A stretch of DNA of 64,000 nucleotides from an uncultured Actinomycetes bacterium (GCA_963728535.1 CAVSKK010000002.1:7390-71389), one strand, 5' to 3'; shown: positions 10,131 to 20,327, counted from the first letter of the stretch. The notes: a model not told the origin generated them from the sequence alone. A program made the numbers and translations.

Positions 10131-10667
10131 ATGGTTCTGGCAGCAAGCGACTCAGGGTTCTTCGGGCAACTGCACGACTTCTTCGGGTCGGGCACGTGGC
10201 CGGTCGTCCGCAACCTGTCGCTTTTCCTGCTCGTCGTCTTCTGGCTCGCGGTCGGCTACTGGGTCTTCAAGGATGCGCGGCGGCGGATCGAGGACCCGTG
10301 GCTCGTCGGCGCGGCCACGATTCTCGGGCTGATCCCGCCCTTCATCGGTGCGCTCATCTACATGCTCTTTCGACCGCCCGAGTATCTCGAGGACGTGCGC
10401 GAGCGAGAGCTCGAGATCAAGGCCATGGAGGAGAGCCTGGGCCGCGGCACCCGCCATCACTGCCCCGTCTGTCGCGCGGAGATCGACGAGAACTTCCTCG
10501 TCTGCCCCGTGTGCACGACGCGCCTGCGCCAATCGTGCTCGACGTGCAAGGCGCCGCTCGAGCCTTTGTGGCAGGTCTGTCCGTACTGCGAGACGCCGAT
10601 CGCGTCGCCGGCGCCGATTCATTTCCCGCCGCTGCAATCGCCGCGGAGCGAAACCGGGTCCGAGTAG
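10131..10667 (+). CDS. membrane protein with double zinc-ribbon domain
   Basis: Two N-terminal TM helices, then CPVCRAEI...CPVCTT...CSTCKA...CPYCET. Confidence 0.8.
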   Translation: MVLAASDSGFFGQLHDFFGSGTWPVVRNLSLFLLVVFWLAVGYWVFKDARRRIEDPWLVGAATILGLIPPFIGALIYMLFRPPEYLEDVRERELEIKAMEESLGRGTRHHCPVCRAEIDENFLVCPVCTTRLRQSCSTCKAPLEPLWQVCPYCETPIASPAPIHFPPLQSPRSETGSE

Positions 10668-10679
10668 AGTCCGCCGCCG

Positions 10680-11084
10680 ATGGCGGCTGAGCGCACACTC
10701 ATCCTGATCAAGCCCGACGCGATGCGTCGCGGGCTCGCCGGTGAGATCCTGCGACGGTTCGAGCAGCGCGGCCTGGAGCTGAAGGAGGCGCGGCTCCTGG
10801 AGGTTGACGAGCAGCTCGCGGGTGAGCATTACGCCGAGCACGCCGAGAAGCCGTTCTACGGCGAACTCATCGAGTTCATCACGTCCGGGCCGACGCTGGC
10901 TCTCGTCGTCGAGGGTGAGGGTGCGATTGCGACGGTGCGCACGACAATGGGTGCGACGAACCCGGCAGACGCGGGTCCCGGGACGATCCGCGGTGATCTC
11001 GCGCTCTCGATGCCCGACAACCTCGTCCACGGCTCCGACTCGCCGGAGTCGGCCGCGCGCGAGATCGCACTCTGGTTTGACTGA
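10680..11084 (+). CDS. ndk: nucleoside-diphosphate kinase
   Basis: [11 protein letters not shown]...RGLAGEIL...NLVHGSDS (active-site His). Confidence 0.97.
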   Translation: MAAERTLILIKPDAMRRGLAGEILRRFEQRGLELKEARLLEVDEQLAGEHYAEHAEKPFYGELIEFITSGPTLALVVEGEGAIATVRTTMGATNPADAGPGTIRGDLALSMPDNLVHGSDSPESAAREIALWFD

Positions 11085-11835
11085 TTACGTCGCAAAGAAC
11101 CGCGAGGCCTGGACGAAGACGAACGCCGAGTACACGGACGGGCGCGCGCTCGAAGGCTGGCAGGAGGAGGAGATCACCTGGGGCTGTCACGGCGTGCCCG
11201 AGTCCGAGCTCGACGTCCTCGATGACGTGGCCGGCAAGGACGTCATCGAGCTCGGCTGCGGGACCGCGTACTTCGGTGCGTGGTTCGCGAAGCGTGGAGC
11301 TCGCGTCACAGGGGTTGACGTGACGCCTGCCCAGCTGGAGACCGCGCGGCGATGTAGCGAGGAACTCGGGATTCCGATGGAGCTGATCGAGGCAAACGCG
11401 GAAGAGGTGCCGCTGCCGGACGCATCCTTCGACCTCGCTTTTTCCGAGTACGGCGCCTCGATCTGGTGTGACCCTTACAAATGGATTCCGGAGGCGGCAC
11501 GGTTACTTCGTCCCGGCGGGCAGCTCGTCTTTCTCTGCAACTCGGTGCTGTCGATCGTCTGCTCGCCCGACGTGGGCAAGGTCGGAGAGAAGCTCGAGCG
11601 TCCGCAGTTCGGGATGCACCGGTTCGAATGGCCCGAGGACGACGGCGTTGACTTCCACATCCAGCACAGCGACTGGATCCGCCTCCTGCGCGCGAACGGC
11701 TTCGAGATTCTCGGGCTCTGGGAGCTACAGGCGCCGGCGGGCGCAGAGGATCACAAGTACTACGACCTCGTGGCGGCCGAGTGGGCGCGCAAGTGGCCGG
11801 CCGAGGAGATCTGGAAAGCCCGCAAGAGCGGGTGA
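11077..11835 (+). CDS. class I SAM-dependent methyltransferase
   Basis: SAM motif [13 protein letters not shown]. Candidate TTG start at 11077 overlaps the ndk stop. The upstream part of the ORF-track frame lies inside ndk. Confidence 0.8.
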   Translation: MTDYVAKNREAWTKTNAEYTDGRALEGWQEEEITWGCHGVPESELDVLDDVAGKDVIELGCGTAYFGAWFAKRGARVTGVDVTPAQLETARRCSEELGIPMELIEANAEEVPLPDASFDLAFSEYGASIWCDPYKWIPEAARLLRPGGQLVFLCNSVLSIVCSPDVGKVGEKLERPQFGMHRFEWPEDDGVDFHIQHSDWIRLLRANGFEILGLWELQAPAGAEDHKYYDLVAAEWARKWPAEEIWKARKSG

Positions 11836-12422
11836 GCGCCCCGCCGGCTCCCCCGATCGTCCTTGCCTCCGACTCGCCCCAGCGGCGAGCGATCCTCGAG
11901 CAGCTCGATCTTCCGTTCACCGTCGTCTCGCCGCGCTACGAGGAGCACGATTCTCCGGACGCCGACCCGGTTGCCCTCGTACGCGAGCACGCGCAGGGGA
12001 AGGCTCGCTCGGTGGGGTTGCACGACGAGCGTCCGGTGCTCGGGGTCGACACGGCGGTCGTCGTCGACGGTCGGTCCCTCGGCAAGCCCGGCAACGCGAC
12101 CGAGGCCGAGGCGATGCTCGAGCGGCTGTCGGGCCGGACGCACGAGGTCGTATCAGGGCTCTGCCTGGTGACGCCGGGCTGGGAAGAGCTCCACCACGAG
12201 GTGACGGCGGTCACGTTCCGCGCGCTGACCGCCCGTGACCTCGCTCATTACGTGGGGAGCGGCGAGTGGGAGGGCCGTGCCGGCGGCTACGCCATCCAGG
12301 GCCTGGGCGCGAGCCTCGTCGAACGGATCGAAGGCGACTACCTAAACGTCGTCGGCCTGCCAGCAGCTCTCCTGATCCGCCTCCTGGTCCAACACTTCCC
12401 AGGAACGTACGGCCTCGGCTAA
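11832..12422 (+). CDS. maf: Maf-like nucleoside triphosphate pyrophosphatase
   Basis: IVLASDSPQRRAILEQLDLPF...LGVDTAVVVDG...GAYAIQG-type motifs. GTGA overlap with the preceding stop. Confidence 0.9.
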   Translation: MSAPPAPPIVLASDSPQRRAILEQLDLPFTVVSPRYEEHDSPDADPVALVREHAQGKARSVGLHDERPVLGVDTAVVVDGRSLGKPGNATEAEAMLERLSGRTHEVVSGLCLVTPGWEELHHEVTAVTFRALTARDLAHYVGSGEWEGRAGGYAIQGLGASLVERIEGDYLNVVGLPAALLIRLLVQHFPGTYGLG

Positions 12423-12429
12423 TCCAGCC

Positions 12430-13031
12430 ATGTCCGGTGTCAGACGCCGGACCGGTCCCGATCCGACGACTCAGCGCTCATAGATGAAGTCCCATGAACC
12501 GCGGAACGTGCTCCACGGCCACTGCGCTGGGTGCTCACAGAGTCCAGCCCGAACGGGATTTAGAGCGATGTATCTCAACGACTCCGAAAAGTGCTCTTCT
12601 GACTCGATCAACCGCGAGTCGAACCGCTGCTGGAAGAGATGCCCGACGAGCAAATGGCGCTCGTTGAAGTAGGCGGCGTAACCACTCTTCAGCCGCTGCA
12701 TGCCGGATGAGAGGTTTGTTTCAGGAGTCTCGACAAGCAGGTGAAAGTGGTTGGTCATGAGGCAGTAGGCGTGCAGGCGCCATCCCCATCGCCGGAAGAC
12801 ATGGGAGCGGAACATGAGGAACCACCGGCGATCGTCGTCGTCGTGAAAGATCGCCTGACGGCGGTTTCCTCGCGAGGTGACGTGGTAGATACCGCCGGCA
12901 TGTTGGATACGGGGAGGTCTGGGCATTAGCGCCAGGCTACGACGTGCTCAGGTCCGCCATGTGCTCGCGAGGTGTTCCTTGACGATTCCGGCTCAATCAC
13001 GGGACATGTCCGGCGTCTGACACCGGACATG
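12430..13031. mobile_element. RAYT unit: IS200-like Y1 transposase flanked by inverted REP-like hairpins
   Basis: The left hairpin gtccggtgtcagacgccggac (within 12430-12453) and the right hairpin catgtccggcgtctgacaccggacatg (within 13003-13031) have reverse-complementary cores. Each is itself an imperfect palindrome. Confidence 0.8.
12471..12926 (-). CDS. REP-associated tyrosine transposase (IS200/IS605 TnpA-like, HUH Y1)
   Basis: IYHVTSRGN..., HUH motif NHFHLLV, catalytic-Tyr region LRYIALNPVRAGL. 151 aa. Confidence 0.85.
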   Translation of the reverse strand: MPRPPRIQHAGGIYHVTSRGNRRQAIFHDDDDRRWFLMFRSHVFRRWGWRLHAYCLMTNHFHLLVETPETNLSSGMQRLKSGYAAYFNERHLLVGHLFQQRFDSRLIESEEHFSESLRYIALNPVRAGLCEHPAQWPWSTFRGSWDFIYER

Positions 13032-13092
13032 GGTGTTCGGGACACGGGTTTCGGGGTTTTCCACAGAATCACTAGACTCGGGGCCGGAGAGC

Positions 13093-14148
13093 ATGGGTCT
13101 CATGGGTTACTTCAACGGCTTCGGCGGTCGCGACATGGCGGTGGACTTGGGCACCGCGAACACGCTCGTCTACGTGCGTGGGCGCGGGATCGTCCTCTCG
13201 GAGCCGTCGGTCGTCGCGATCGACGAGCGCTCGGGCGAAGTCCACGCCGTCGGCGTCGAGGCCAAGCGCATGATCGGCCGCACCCCCGGCACCATCTCCG
13301 CGATCCGCCCGCTGAAGGATGGCGTCATCGCCGATTTCGACGTCACCGAGCAGATGCTCCGCCACTTCATCCAGAAGGTGCACCACCACCGCTTTGCGTA
13401 CCCGCGCGTCGTCGTCTGCGTCCCGTCAGGCGTCACCGGCGTCGAGAAGCGCGCCGTCGAAGAGGCAACGCGCTCGGCCGGTGCGCGAGAGGCTTACCTG
13501 ATCGAGGAGCCGATGGCCGCCGCGATCGGCGCCGGGCTCCCCGTCTCAGAACCGACCGGCAACATGATCGTCGACGTCGGCGGCGGCACGACCGAGGTCG
13601 CCGTCATCTCGCTCGGCGGGATCGTCGTCTCACAGTCCCTCCGTGTCGGCGGCGACGAGATGGACGAGGCGATCATCAGCCACATCAAGAAGGAGTACAA
13701 GCTCCTGATCGGCCAGCAGACGGCCGAGGAGGTCAAGCTCGAGATCGGCTCCGCGTTCCCGCTCCGCGAGGAGCTGCAGGCTGAGGTTCGAGGCCGAGAC
13801 ATGCTCACGGGCCTCCCGAAGACGATCATCCTGAGCTCGGAGGAGGTCCGGCAAGCCCTCGAGGAGCCCGTCGGCCAGATTCTGGACGCGATCCGCTCGA
13901 CCCTCGACAAGACCCCGCCCGAGCTCGCGGCGGACATCATGGACCGGGGGATCGTCCTCGCCGGCGGCGGTGCCCTGCTCTCGGGGCTCGACGAGCGCCT
14001 CCGCCACGAGACGCAGATGCCGGCACAGCTCGCCGAATCGCCGCTGACCTGCGTCGCGGTCGGCTCCGGCCGCAGTCTCGAAGTGCTCGAGGTCATGCAG
14101 AAGGCTGCGAAGTCGAGGTCGAAGAGCAGGAACGGCAGCAGGCGCTAG
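13093..14148 (+). CDS. mreB: rod shape-determining protein MreB
   Basis: [17 protein letters not shown]...[11 protein letters not shown]...[11 protein letters not shown] actin-fold motifs. ATG at 13093 follows ggagag. Confidence 0.97.
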   Translation: MGLMGYFNGFGGRDMAVDLGTANTLVYVRGRGIVLSEPSVVAIDERSGEVHAVGVEAKRMIGRTPGTISAIRPLKDGVIADFDVTEQMLRHFIQKVHHHRFAYPRVVVCVPSGVTGVEKRAVEEATRSAGAREAYLIEEPMAAAIGAGLPVSEPTGNMIVDVGGGTTEVAVISLGGIVVSQSLRVGGDEMDEAIISHIKKEYKLLIGQQTAEEVKLEIGSAFPLREELQAEVRGRDMLTGLPKTIILSSEEVRQALEEPVGQILDAIRSTLDKTPPELAADIMDRGIVLAGGGALLSGLDERLRHETQMPAQLAESPLTCVAVGSGRSLEVLEVMQKAAKSRSKSRNGSRR

Positions 14149-14182
14149 GCCCGCTCCGGCCTGTTCGCTAACCTCAAAGCCC

Positions 14183-15133
14183 GTGCCTAGAAATCGCAGC
14201 GCGCGGGTGGCGGCGCTGGGCTCTCCGGTTCGGCGCGCAGTCGCCCCCAGGTATTCCTCGAAGACGACCGGCCCCCTGAAACGGCGGCTCGTCGTCGGGC
14301 TGCTCGTCCTCGCCTCGCTGGCGATGATCACCGTCTACTTCCGAGAGTCCCCGAACGGCGGCCTCCACGGCTTCCAGAGCGCCGGCGCGAGCGTGCTGCG
14401 CCCCTTCGAGATCGCTGCCGACCGTATCGCGAGCCCGTTCGAGGACGCCTACCACTGGACGGCTGACTTGTTTCACGCGCGCGCGGAGAACGAGGAGCTG
14501 CACAAGGAACTGAGCACCTTGCGCCAGCAGGCGATCCAGAATGCGAGCGCCGCCGACGAACTGGAGAGGCTCCGCGCCATCCTCAAGTACAAGCGCGGGC
14601 CCAACTACCCAGAGGACTTCCCGAACTCCGTTACGGCGAGCGTCATCTCGAATCCGGCCAGCCAGTTCGACCAGACCGTGGTCATCGCCGCGGGCCGCAC
14701 CAGCGGCATCCGGGTCTACGACGCTGTGGTCACCGATCGCGGCCTCGTCGGCCAGGTGACGAAGGTGACCCGCGACCAGGCCAAGGTCACCCTCCTCACC
14801 GACAAGGAGAGCGCGGTCACCGCGAAGGACCGCACGTCGGGCGCGATCGGCATCGTCCGCCACAGCCAGGGCTCGGAAGACGTCCTCTTCCTGGACCGCG
14901 TCGCGAAGAGCAACCAGGTCAAGGAGGGCGACCTCGTCATGACCGCCGGCCTCCAACAGGGGAAGCTCCCGTCGTTCTATCCCAAGGGGATTCCGATCGG
15001 CGTCGTCACGAAGGTCGGCCAGACCGACATCGACCCGTTCCAGGACGTCCAGGTGATGCCGCTCGTCGACTTCAGCTCGGTCGAGGCCGTGGTCGTCCTG
15101 ATCAGCGACAAGCCGCGGCCGAAAATGCCATGA
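14183..15133 (+). CDS. mreC: rod shape-determining protein MreC
   Basis: N-terminal TM helix, coiled coil (ENEELHKELSTLRQQ), C-terminal beta domains (GLVGQVTKV...GIPIGVV). Position between mreB and mreD. Confidence 0.88.
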   Translation: MPRNRSARVAALGSPVRRAVAPRYSSKTTGPLKRRLVVGLLVLASLAMITVYFRESPNGGLHGFQSAGASVLRPFEIAADRIASPFEDAYHWTADLFHARAENEELHKELSTLRQQAIQNASAADELERLRAILKYKRGPNYPEDFPNSVTASVISNPASQFDQTVVIAAGRTSGIRVYDAVVTDRGLVGQVTKVTRDQAKVTLLTDKESAVTAKDRTSGAIGIVRHSQGSEDVLFLDRVAKSNQVKEGDLVMTAGLQQGKLPSFYPKGIPIGVVTKVGQTDIDPFQDVQVMPLVDFSSVEAVVVLISDKPRPKMP

Positions 15134-15645
15134 CCCTCGCCGTCGCGAAATCGACGGTGCTCTTCTTCTTCGCCGTCATCGTGCAGGTGACGATCGTCTC
15201 CTCGATCGGGATCCTCGGCGGCTCGCCCGACCTCGTCCTCGTCCTCCTCGTCGCCGTGGCACTCTCGAACGGCTCGATCTTCGGTGCGTTCTCCGGCTTC
15301 TGGGCCGGGCTCGTCCTCGACGTCGCGCAGATCGGCACGCTCGGCTTCACTTCTCTCCTGCTCACGCTCGCCGGCTTCTGGATCGGCCGCTACGGCGAGA
15401 CGACCGGACGCGACCGCGCGCACGCGCCGCTCCTCTCCGTGGCGGTCGTCACCGTCCTCTACGCCGTCGGCTCGCTGATCCTCCACTACCTGCTCCGCGA
15501 GCCGGCCTCCGCGGACGTAGCGCTCGTCCACGTGCTCCCCGGCACCGTCCTCCTGAATCTCCTGCTCGCCTTCCCAGTCTTTGCGCTCGTCCGGCGTCTC
15601 TTCCACCCGCCGGCCCCGCGCCCGGAGGTCGAGTTCGTTGGCTAG
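15130..15645 (+). CDS. mreD: rod shape-determining protein MreD
   Basis: ATGA-coupled to mreC. Polytopic 171-aa membrane protein in the canonical position. Confidence 0.75.
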   Translation: MTLAVAKSTVLFFFAVIVQVTIVSSIGILGGSPDLVLVLLVAVALSNGSIFGAFSGFWAGLVLDVAQIGTLGFTSLLLTLAGFWIGRYGETTGRDRAHAPLLSVAVVTVLYAVGSLILHYLLREPASADVALVHVLPGTVLLNLLLAFPVFALVRRLFHPPAPRPEVEFVG

Positions 15646-17626
15646 CCGCGCAGGCTCGTACCGGCCCGGGCGCTTCCTGCCGCCGGACCCGCGCGTCGAA
15701 GCTCCGTACCGCCTCACGCCGCAGACCGTCTTCCGGATCGGAATTCTCGGCTTCCTCGTCCTCGCGGCGTTCGGCGTCCTCTTCTTCCGGCTCTGGGCCC
15801 TTCAGGTCCTCTCCGGGAACCAGTTCCTCCAGGCGGCCGAGAACAACCAGCTCCGCCTCCTCCGCCAGGAGGCGCCGCGTGGGCCGATCAAGGACCGGTA
15901 CGGCCGAATCCTCGTCGACAACAGGGGCGGGACGGCGATCAAGATCTGGCCGGCCAATCTGCCGCGGAAGGGGCAGTACGCGGAGGTGCGGCGCCTCACG
16001 CAGATCCTCAACGTGCCTACGGCTGAGGTCACGAGGGAAATCGAGAAGCACCGCGACGACCCGGTGACCCCGGTGACCGTGAAGCAGTTTGCGAGCGAGG
16101 ACGAGGTCTTCTACCTCCTCGAGCACCAGACGGAGTTTCCGGGCATCCAGATCGCGAACACGTACGTGCGGCAGTACCCCCGCGGCGATCTCGCCGCTCA
16201 GCTCCTGGGCTACGTCGGCGAGATCAACGATGACCAGCTGAAGCAGCTCCGCGGCTACTCCCTCGGCGACAAGATCGGACAAGGCGGCATCGAGTCGTCC
16301 TTCGACAAGGAGCTACGCGGACAGGCCGGCCTCAATCAGCTGCGCGTCGACTCGCTCGGCCGGCGCACGAGTCCCGTCGAGGTCAAGGAGAACCCGAACC
16401 CCGGCTATGCGGTCCGGCTGACGCTCGACGCCAAGCTCCAGCGGGCCTCGCAGCAGGCCGTCATCGACGGCATCAACCGGGCGCAGGCGAACAAGCAGTG
16501 GTACGCAAAGGCCGGCGCGATCGTCGCCCTCGACCCGCGTGATGGAGCGATCCGCTCGCTCGCCTCCTACCCGAGCTACGACCCGAACGTCTTCACGACC
16601 CGCAAGAAGGAAAAGCTCGCGCCGCTCCTCGAATCCGGCCCCGCCGAGGAGGCGGACTTCCCTGCGTTGAACCGCGCGATCTCGGGCGTCTACCCGCCAG
16701 GCTCGACGTTCAAGCCGGTCACCGCGCTCGCCGCCATGCAGGAGCACATCCTCTCGCCCTACAACGCGCTCGAGTGCACAGGCAGCCTCGTCATCGACGG
16801 GCACACCTTCAACAACTGGGACCCGAACGCGAACCAGGCGATGACGTTGCCGACGGCGATCGCGCAGTCCTGCGACACCTACTTCTACCAGGTGGGCAAG
16901 CTGTTCTACGACCTGCCTGAGGACCGGGGACAGCCGCTCCAGCGCTGGGCGAAGACCTTCGGCTTCGGTGAGCCGACGGGCCTCGACGTCGGGCCGGAGG
17001 AGGCCGGGCTCGTTCCGACGATCAAGTGGCGTCAGGACACGTATACGAAGAAGACGGATCCCTGCTGCTGGGAGATCGACCGGCTCTGGAAGTCGGGGGA
17101 CTCGGTCCAGCTTGCGATCGGCCAGAAGGACCTCCAGGTGACGCCGCTGCAGATGGCGCGCTTCTACGCGCTCGTGGCGAACCGCGGCAAGCTCGTGACG
17201 CCGCACGTCGTCGCCGCCATCGAACAGCCCGGCCGCAACGGCCCCGGCGCTCAGCCGATCGTCCGCCGCGCCTTCCACCCGCCGGCAAAGGAACTGAACC
17301 TCGACCAGACCGCGCTCCAAGTCGTGCGCGACGGCCTCTTCGACGCGACGCACTCGCCGCTCGGTACCTCGTCCTCCGTCTTCGGCCAGTACCCGATCGG
17401 GATCGCCGGGAAGACGGGCACGGCCGAGAAGGTCGTCGACGGCGTGCTGACCGACACCTCCTGGTGGTGCGGCTACGGCCCCGTCGAGGCCCCGACGCTC
17501 GTCGTCTGCGCGGTGATCGAGAACGGCGGCTTCGGCGGCGAGGCGGCCGCACCCTCGGCTCTCCAGGTCTTCGAGTCCTACTTCGACAAGCAGGCGACGG
17601 TCGTCGCCCCGGCGAGCACCGACTGA
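15638..17626 (+). CDS. mrdA: penicillin-binding protein 2 (elongasome transpeptidase)
   Basis: TM anchor, then the transpeptidase motifs STFK, a SxN-type region and KTGTA. TTG at 15638 overlaps the mreD end. Confidence 0.9.
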   Translation: MASRAGSYRPGRFLPPDPRVEAPYRLTPQTVFRIGILGFLVLAAFGVLFFRLWALQVLSGNQFLQAAENNQLRLLRQEAPRGPIKDRYGRILVDNRGGTAIKIWPANLPRKGQYAEVRRLTQILNVPTAEVTREIEKHRDDPVTPVTVKQFASEDEVFYLLEHQTEFPGIQIANTYVRQYPRGDLAAQLLGYVGEINDDQLKQLRGYSLGDKIGQGGIESSFDKELRGQAGLNQLRVDSLGRRTSPVEVKENPNPGYAVRLTLDAKLQRASQQAVIDGINRAQANKQWYAKAGAIVALDPRDGAIRSLASYPSYDPNVFTTRKKEKLAPLLESGPAEEADFPALNRAISGVYPPGSTFKPVTALAAMQEHILSPYNALECTGSLVIDGHTFNNWDPNANQAMTLPTAIAQSCDTYFYQVGKLFYDLPEDRGQPLQRWAKTFGFGEPTGLDVGPEEAGLVPTIKWRQDTYTKKTDPCCWEIDRLWKSGDSVQLAIGQKDLQVTPLQMARFYALVANRGKLVTPHVVAAIEQPGRNGPGAQPIVRRAFHPPAKELNLDQTALQVVRDGLFDATHSPLGTSSSVFGQYPIGIAGKTGTAEKVVDGVLTDTSWWCGYGPVEAPTLVVCAVIENGGFGGEAAAPSALQVFESYFDKQATVVAPASTD

Positions 17627-18792
17627 TGGTCGACTACGCAGCCGGCCCACGAGTCTCCACCCGGCCCCGGGCTCGCACGCGCGACGCCTCGTTCCTGCGC
17701 AATCTCGACTGGGTGCTGCTGCTCGCGGTCGCGGCGCTCGTCGCCTACGGACTCTGGGCGATCGACGGGATCACACGCGGAGACGACCCGGCCGACCCGA
17801 ACTACTACGTACTGCGTCAGGCGCTGTACGCGGCGGTTGGGGTCGTCGGGATGGCCGCGATGACACTCCTCGGGCCCGGCTTCTGGCGGCGCAATTCGAT
17901 GACGTTGTACGTCGTCATGATCGCGCTGCTCGTGATCGCCCCGGTCTTCGGCGCCGAGGTCCGGAACACGCGGCGCTGGATCGACCTCGGCCCGTTCCGC
18001 TTCCAGCCCTCGGAGTTCGGGAAGCTCATGCTCGTCCTCTTCCTGGCCGCGTTCCTCGCCGAGCGCGGGAACCGGATCGCCGAGCGACGGACGACGGTGA
18101 CCGCCATCGGGCTCGCGGTTCTGCCGATCCTGCTCGTCTTTCTCCAGCCGGACTTCGGGACGGCGATCGTCTACGCCGCGGTGCTCGGCGCGGTGCTCTT
18201 CGTCGCCGGAACGAGCTGGGGGCACATGGCCGCGATCCTCGGCGGAGCGGCGATTGTCGCCGCGTTCGTCTTATGGATCGGGCCTTCGATCGGAACCGAC
18301 ATCCTCAAGCCGTACCAGCGCGCCCGAATCACGGGCTTCACCAACCCGTCGCAGGATCCGTCCGGCGCGACCTACAACGTGACAGCGTCGATCACGGCGG
18401 TCGGCGCCGGCGGGCCGACCGGGCGCGGCGTCGAGGGCGCGACGCAGACGAATTACAACTACCTGCCCGAGCACGCGACCGACTTCGCATTCGCCTCGCT
18501 CTCCGAGCAGCGCGGCTTCGTCGGCGCGACGATCCTGCTCCTGCTCTACCTGCTCGTGATCTGGCGGGCGCTCAAAGTGATCACGCTCGCGCGGGACGCG
18601 TTCTCGGCGATCGCAGCCGGCGGCATCGCGTTCATGCTCCTGATCCAGATCTTCATCAACGTCGGGATGACGATCGGCATGGCCCCGATCACCGGGATCC
18701 CGTTGCCGTTCGTGAGCGTGGGCGGCTCGTCGATGATCGCGAACCTGCTCGCAATTGGCGTCTTGCAGTCGATCTGCGTGCGGCGGCGCTAG
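17626..18792 (+). CDS. rodA: SEDS-family peptidoglycan glycosyltransferase RodA
   Basis: ATG at 17626 overlaps the mrdA TGA. Polytopic FtsW/RodA/SpoVE-type sequence (QPSEFGKL...TDFAFA...PLPFVSVGGSS). The first 200 aa of the ORF-track call lie inside mrdA. Confidence 0.92.
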   Translation: MVDYAAGPRVSTRPRARTRDASFLRNLDWVLLLAVAALVAYGLWAIDGITRGDDPADPNYYVLRQALYAAVGVVGMAAMTLLGPGFWRRNSMTLYVVMIALLVIAPVFGAEVRNTRRWIDLGPFRFQPSEFGKLMLVLFLAAFLAERGNRIAERRTTVTAIGLAVLPILLVFLQPDFGTAIVYAAVLGAVLFVAGTSWGHMAAILGGAAIVAAFVLWIGPSIGTDILKPYQRARITGFTNPSQDPSGATYNVTASITAVGAGGPTGRGVEGATQTNYNYLPEHATDFAFASLSEQRGFVGATILLLLYLLVIWRALKVITLARDAFSAIAAGGIAFMLLIQIFINVGMTIGMAPITGIPLPFVSVGGSSMIANLLAIGVLQSICVRRR

Positions 18793-18795
18793 GCG

Positions 18796-19143
18796 CTACA
18801 TCCCCTTGGCGAGTCCGACGACGTGCCCTTCCGGGTCGGCGAAGAGCGCGATCGTCACCTCCGGCAGCTCGGTCACCGGCAGGATCGTCTTGCCGCCGAG
18901 CTGCTCGGCCTTGTCGAGCAGCGCCTGCGGGTCGTCGGCGTCGACGTAGAACGTCACATGACCCGCGCCCTCCGGCGCCTGCCCGATGCCGCCCCCGATA
19001 CCGCCGTCCTCGCCCTTGACCATCGCGTACGGCATCTCTCCGGGAATCTTCTCCGTCTGCCAGCCGAAGAGGTCGCCGTAGAACTGCTGAAGCTTGTCGA
19101 GGTTCTGTCCCGAGACCTCGAAGTGGATGACTGGATGTGCCAT
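18796..19143 (-). CDS. VOC (glyoxalase/bleomycin-resistance) family protein
   Basis: MAHPVIHFEVSGQNLDKLQQFYGDLFGW...LFADPEGHVVGL. Internal ATG at 19143 chosen. Confidence 0.85.
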   Translation of the reverse strand: MAHPVIHFEVSGQNLDKLQQFYGDLFGWQTEKIPGEMPYAMVKGEDGGIGGGIGQAPEGAGHVTFYVDADDPQALLDKAEQLGGKTILPVTELPEVTIALFADPEGHVVGLAKGM

Positions 19144-19157
19144 GTCGTTCTCCCTTC

Positions 19158-19640
19158 CTACGTGGTTGTTTCCATGTCTTGTGTGAGCCACGGGTCCTCG
19201 CCCGGATCGCCGCCGGCGGCGACGATCTCGAGACGCGGGAGGTAGTGGTCCCAACCGTGTGCGTGCGACTCGGTCTCCTTGGAGCCCGGCAGGTCGCGGT
19301 GGACGAAGTGCAGCCGCGTCCCGTCGCCTTCGGGAGTCAGCTCGACCTCGATCGTCGACGATCCCGGCGGCACGGCGCTCTGCTCGCCGCCGCTTGCCTC
19401 CCAGCCCCAGGTGAACACGAGGCGGTGGGGCGGGTCGAGCTCGACGTACTCACCGCGCACGGTGTGCCCCGGGATGACCTCGCACTCGTAGACGCCGCCC
19501 GCCTTCGGATCGAGGGTGGCGTTCATGCCCTTCCACCGTGTGAGCTTGTCCGGATCGACGAAGAACTCCCACACGGTCTCCGGGCTGGCGTCGATCGAGA
19601 GCGTGCGCTCCACGAAGGTGGTCTCAGTGGTCGCGTCCAT
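19158..19640 (-). CDS. SRPBCC (AHSA1/START-like) domain protein
   Basis: FVERTLSIDASPETVWEFFVDPDKLTRW...LVFTWGWE pattern. Commonly paired with ArsR regulators. Confidence 0.85.
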   Translation of the reverse strand: MDATTETTFVERTLSIDASPETVWEFFVDPDKLTRWKGMNATLDPKAGGVYECEVIPGHTVRGEYVELDPPHRLVFTWGWEASGGEQSAVPPGSSTIEVELTPEGDGTRLHFVHRDLPGSKETESHAHGWDHYLPRLEIVAAGGDPGEDPWLTQDMETTT

Positions 19641-19944
19641 CTTTCTTCCGTTCCTCCTTTTCCGCTTCGCGTTTGAGTGTCGCGAGGCGCGGGTCCCAGA
19701 AATGCTCGAAGAACTCCTTGAGCTCCGCGAGCCCTTCGGGACGCACGCTGTACAGGCGTCGCGTGCCGTTTCGTCGCTCGCTCACGAGCCCCGCCTCCTT
19801 GAGGACGTTCAGGTGCTGGGAGACCGCCGGGCGCGTGACGTCGAAATGCGACGCGATCTCGCCCGCGCTGAGCTCGCCTGCCCCGACAAGGGTGAGAATC
19901 TGCCGTCGTCGCGGCGCAGCGATTGCCTTCAGTGCAGCCTCCAT
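19624..19944 (-). CDS. ArsR/SmtB-family transcriptional regulator
   Basis: wHTH: ALKAIAAPRRRQILTLV...ELSAGEIASHFDVTRPAVSQHLNVLKEAGLV. Confidence 0.92.
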   Translation of the reverse strand: MEAALKAIAAPRRRQILTLVGAGELSAGEIASHFDVTRPAVSQHLNVLKEAGLVSERRNGTRRLYSVRPEGLAELKEFFEHFWDPRLATLKREAEKEERKKDGRDH

Positions 19945-19951
19945 GGCGATT

Positions 19952-19987
19952 ATGTAAGCAGATCCTTACGAAAGAAGCAACTTACAT
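19952..19987. promoter_or_regulatory. AT-rich inverted repeat upstream of arsR (candidate operator)
   Basis: ATGTAAG cagatCCTTACgaaagaagcaa CTTACAT. The outer 7-bp arms are perfect reverse complements, and there is an inner GTAAG/CTTAC pair. It starts 8 nt upstream of the arsR start codon. Confidence 0.5.
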
Positions 19988-20048
19988 TTGCTGAGACGCC
20001 TCGTTATGCGGTGTCCGTCGTCCGGTCCGGGACCTAGCATCGTCACGC

Positions 20049-20273
20049 ATGAGCGAGGAAATGGATTCCCTGGCGCCGCCGACGAGACGAGAAGCGGACG
20101 AGCTGCTGCTGATCGAGGAGGCCGACGCCTGGTTCGAGTACCTCGCCGCGACGAGGGGTCAGTCAGCAGTGCGTTACCAGGAAGTCGAACCGTGGGCTTT
20201 CGCCAGGCTCAGCCAGCGGCTGCGGGCGATCCGGACGAAGCGCCAGAAGCTGAGGCCTGCGCGGGCCGCCTAG
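20049..20273 (+). CDS. hypothetical protein (74 aa)
   Basis: Clean ATG ORF divergent from arsR. Helical-looking sequence, no family recognised. Confidence 0.45.
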   Translation: MSEEMDSLAPPTRREADELLLIEEADAWFEYLAATRGQSAVRYQEVEPWAFARLSQRLRAIRTKRQKLRPARAA

Positions 20274-20288
20274 GCCCACGAACGTAGT

Positions 20289-20327
20289 GAGGCCCGCCTC
20301 GCCGGACACCGGCGCGAGACGGGCCTC
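20289..20327. terminator. GC-rich hairpin between convergent genes (candidate bidirectional terminator)
   Basis: gaggcccg...cgggcctc outer stem with an inner tcgccgg/ccggcga stem. No U-tract, which is common in high-GC actinobacteria. Confidence 0.45.

Noticed and set aside
17026-17625. N-terminal 200 aa of the ORF-track RodA call
   Set aside because: It lies inside mrdA in another frame. RodA begins at the ATG at 17626, which overlaps the mrdA stop.
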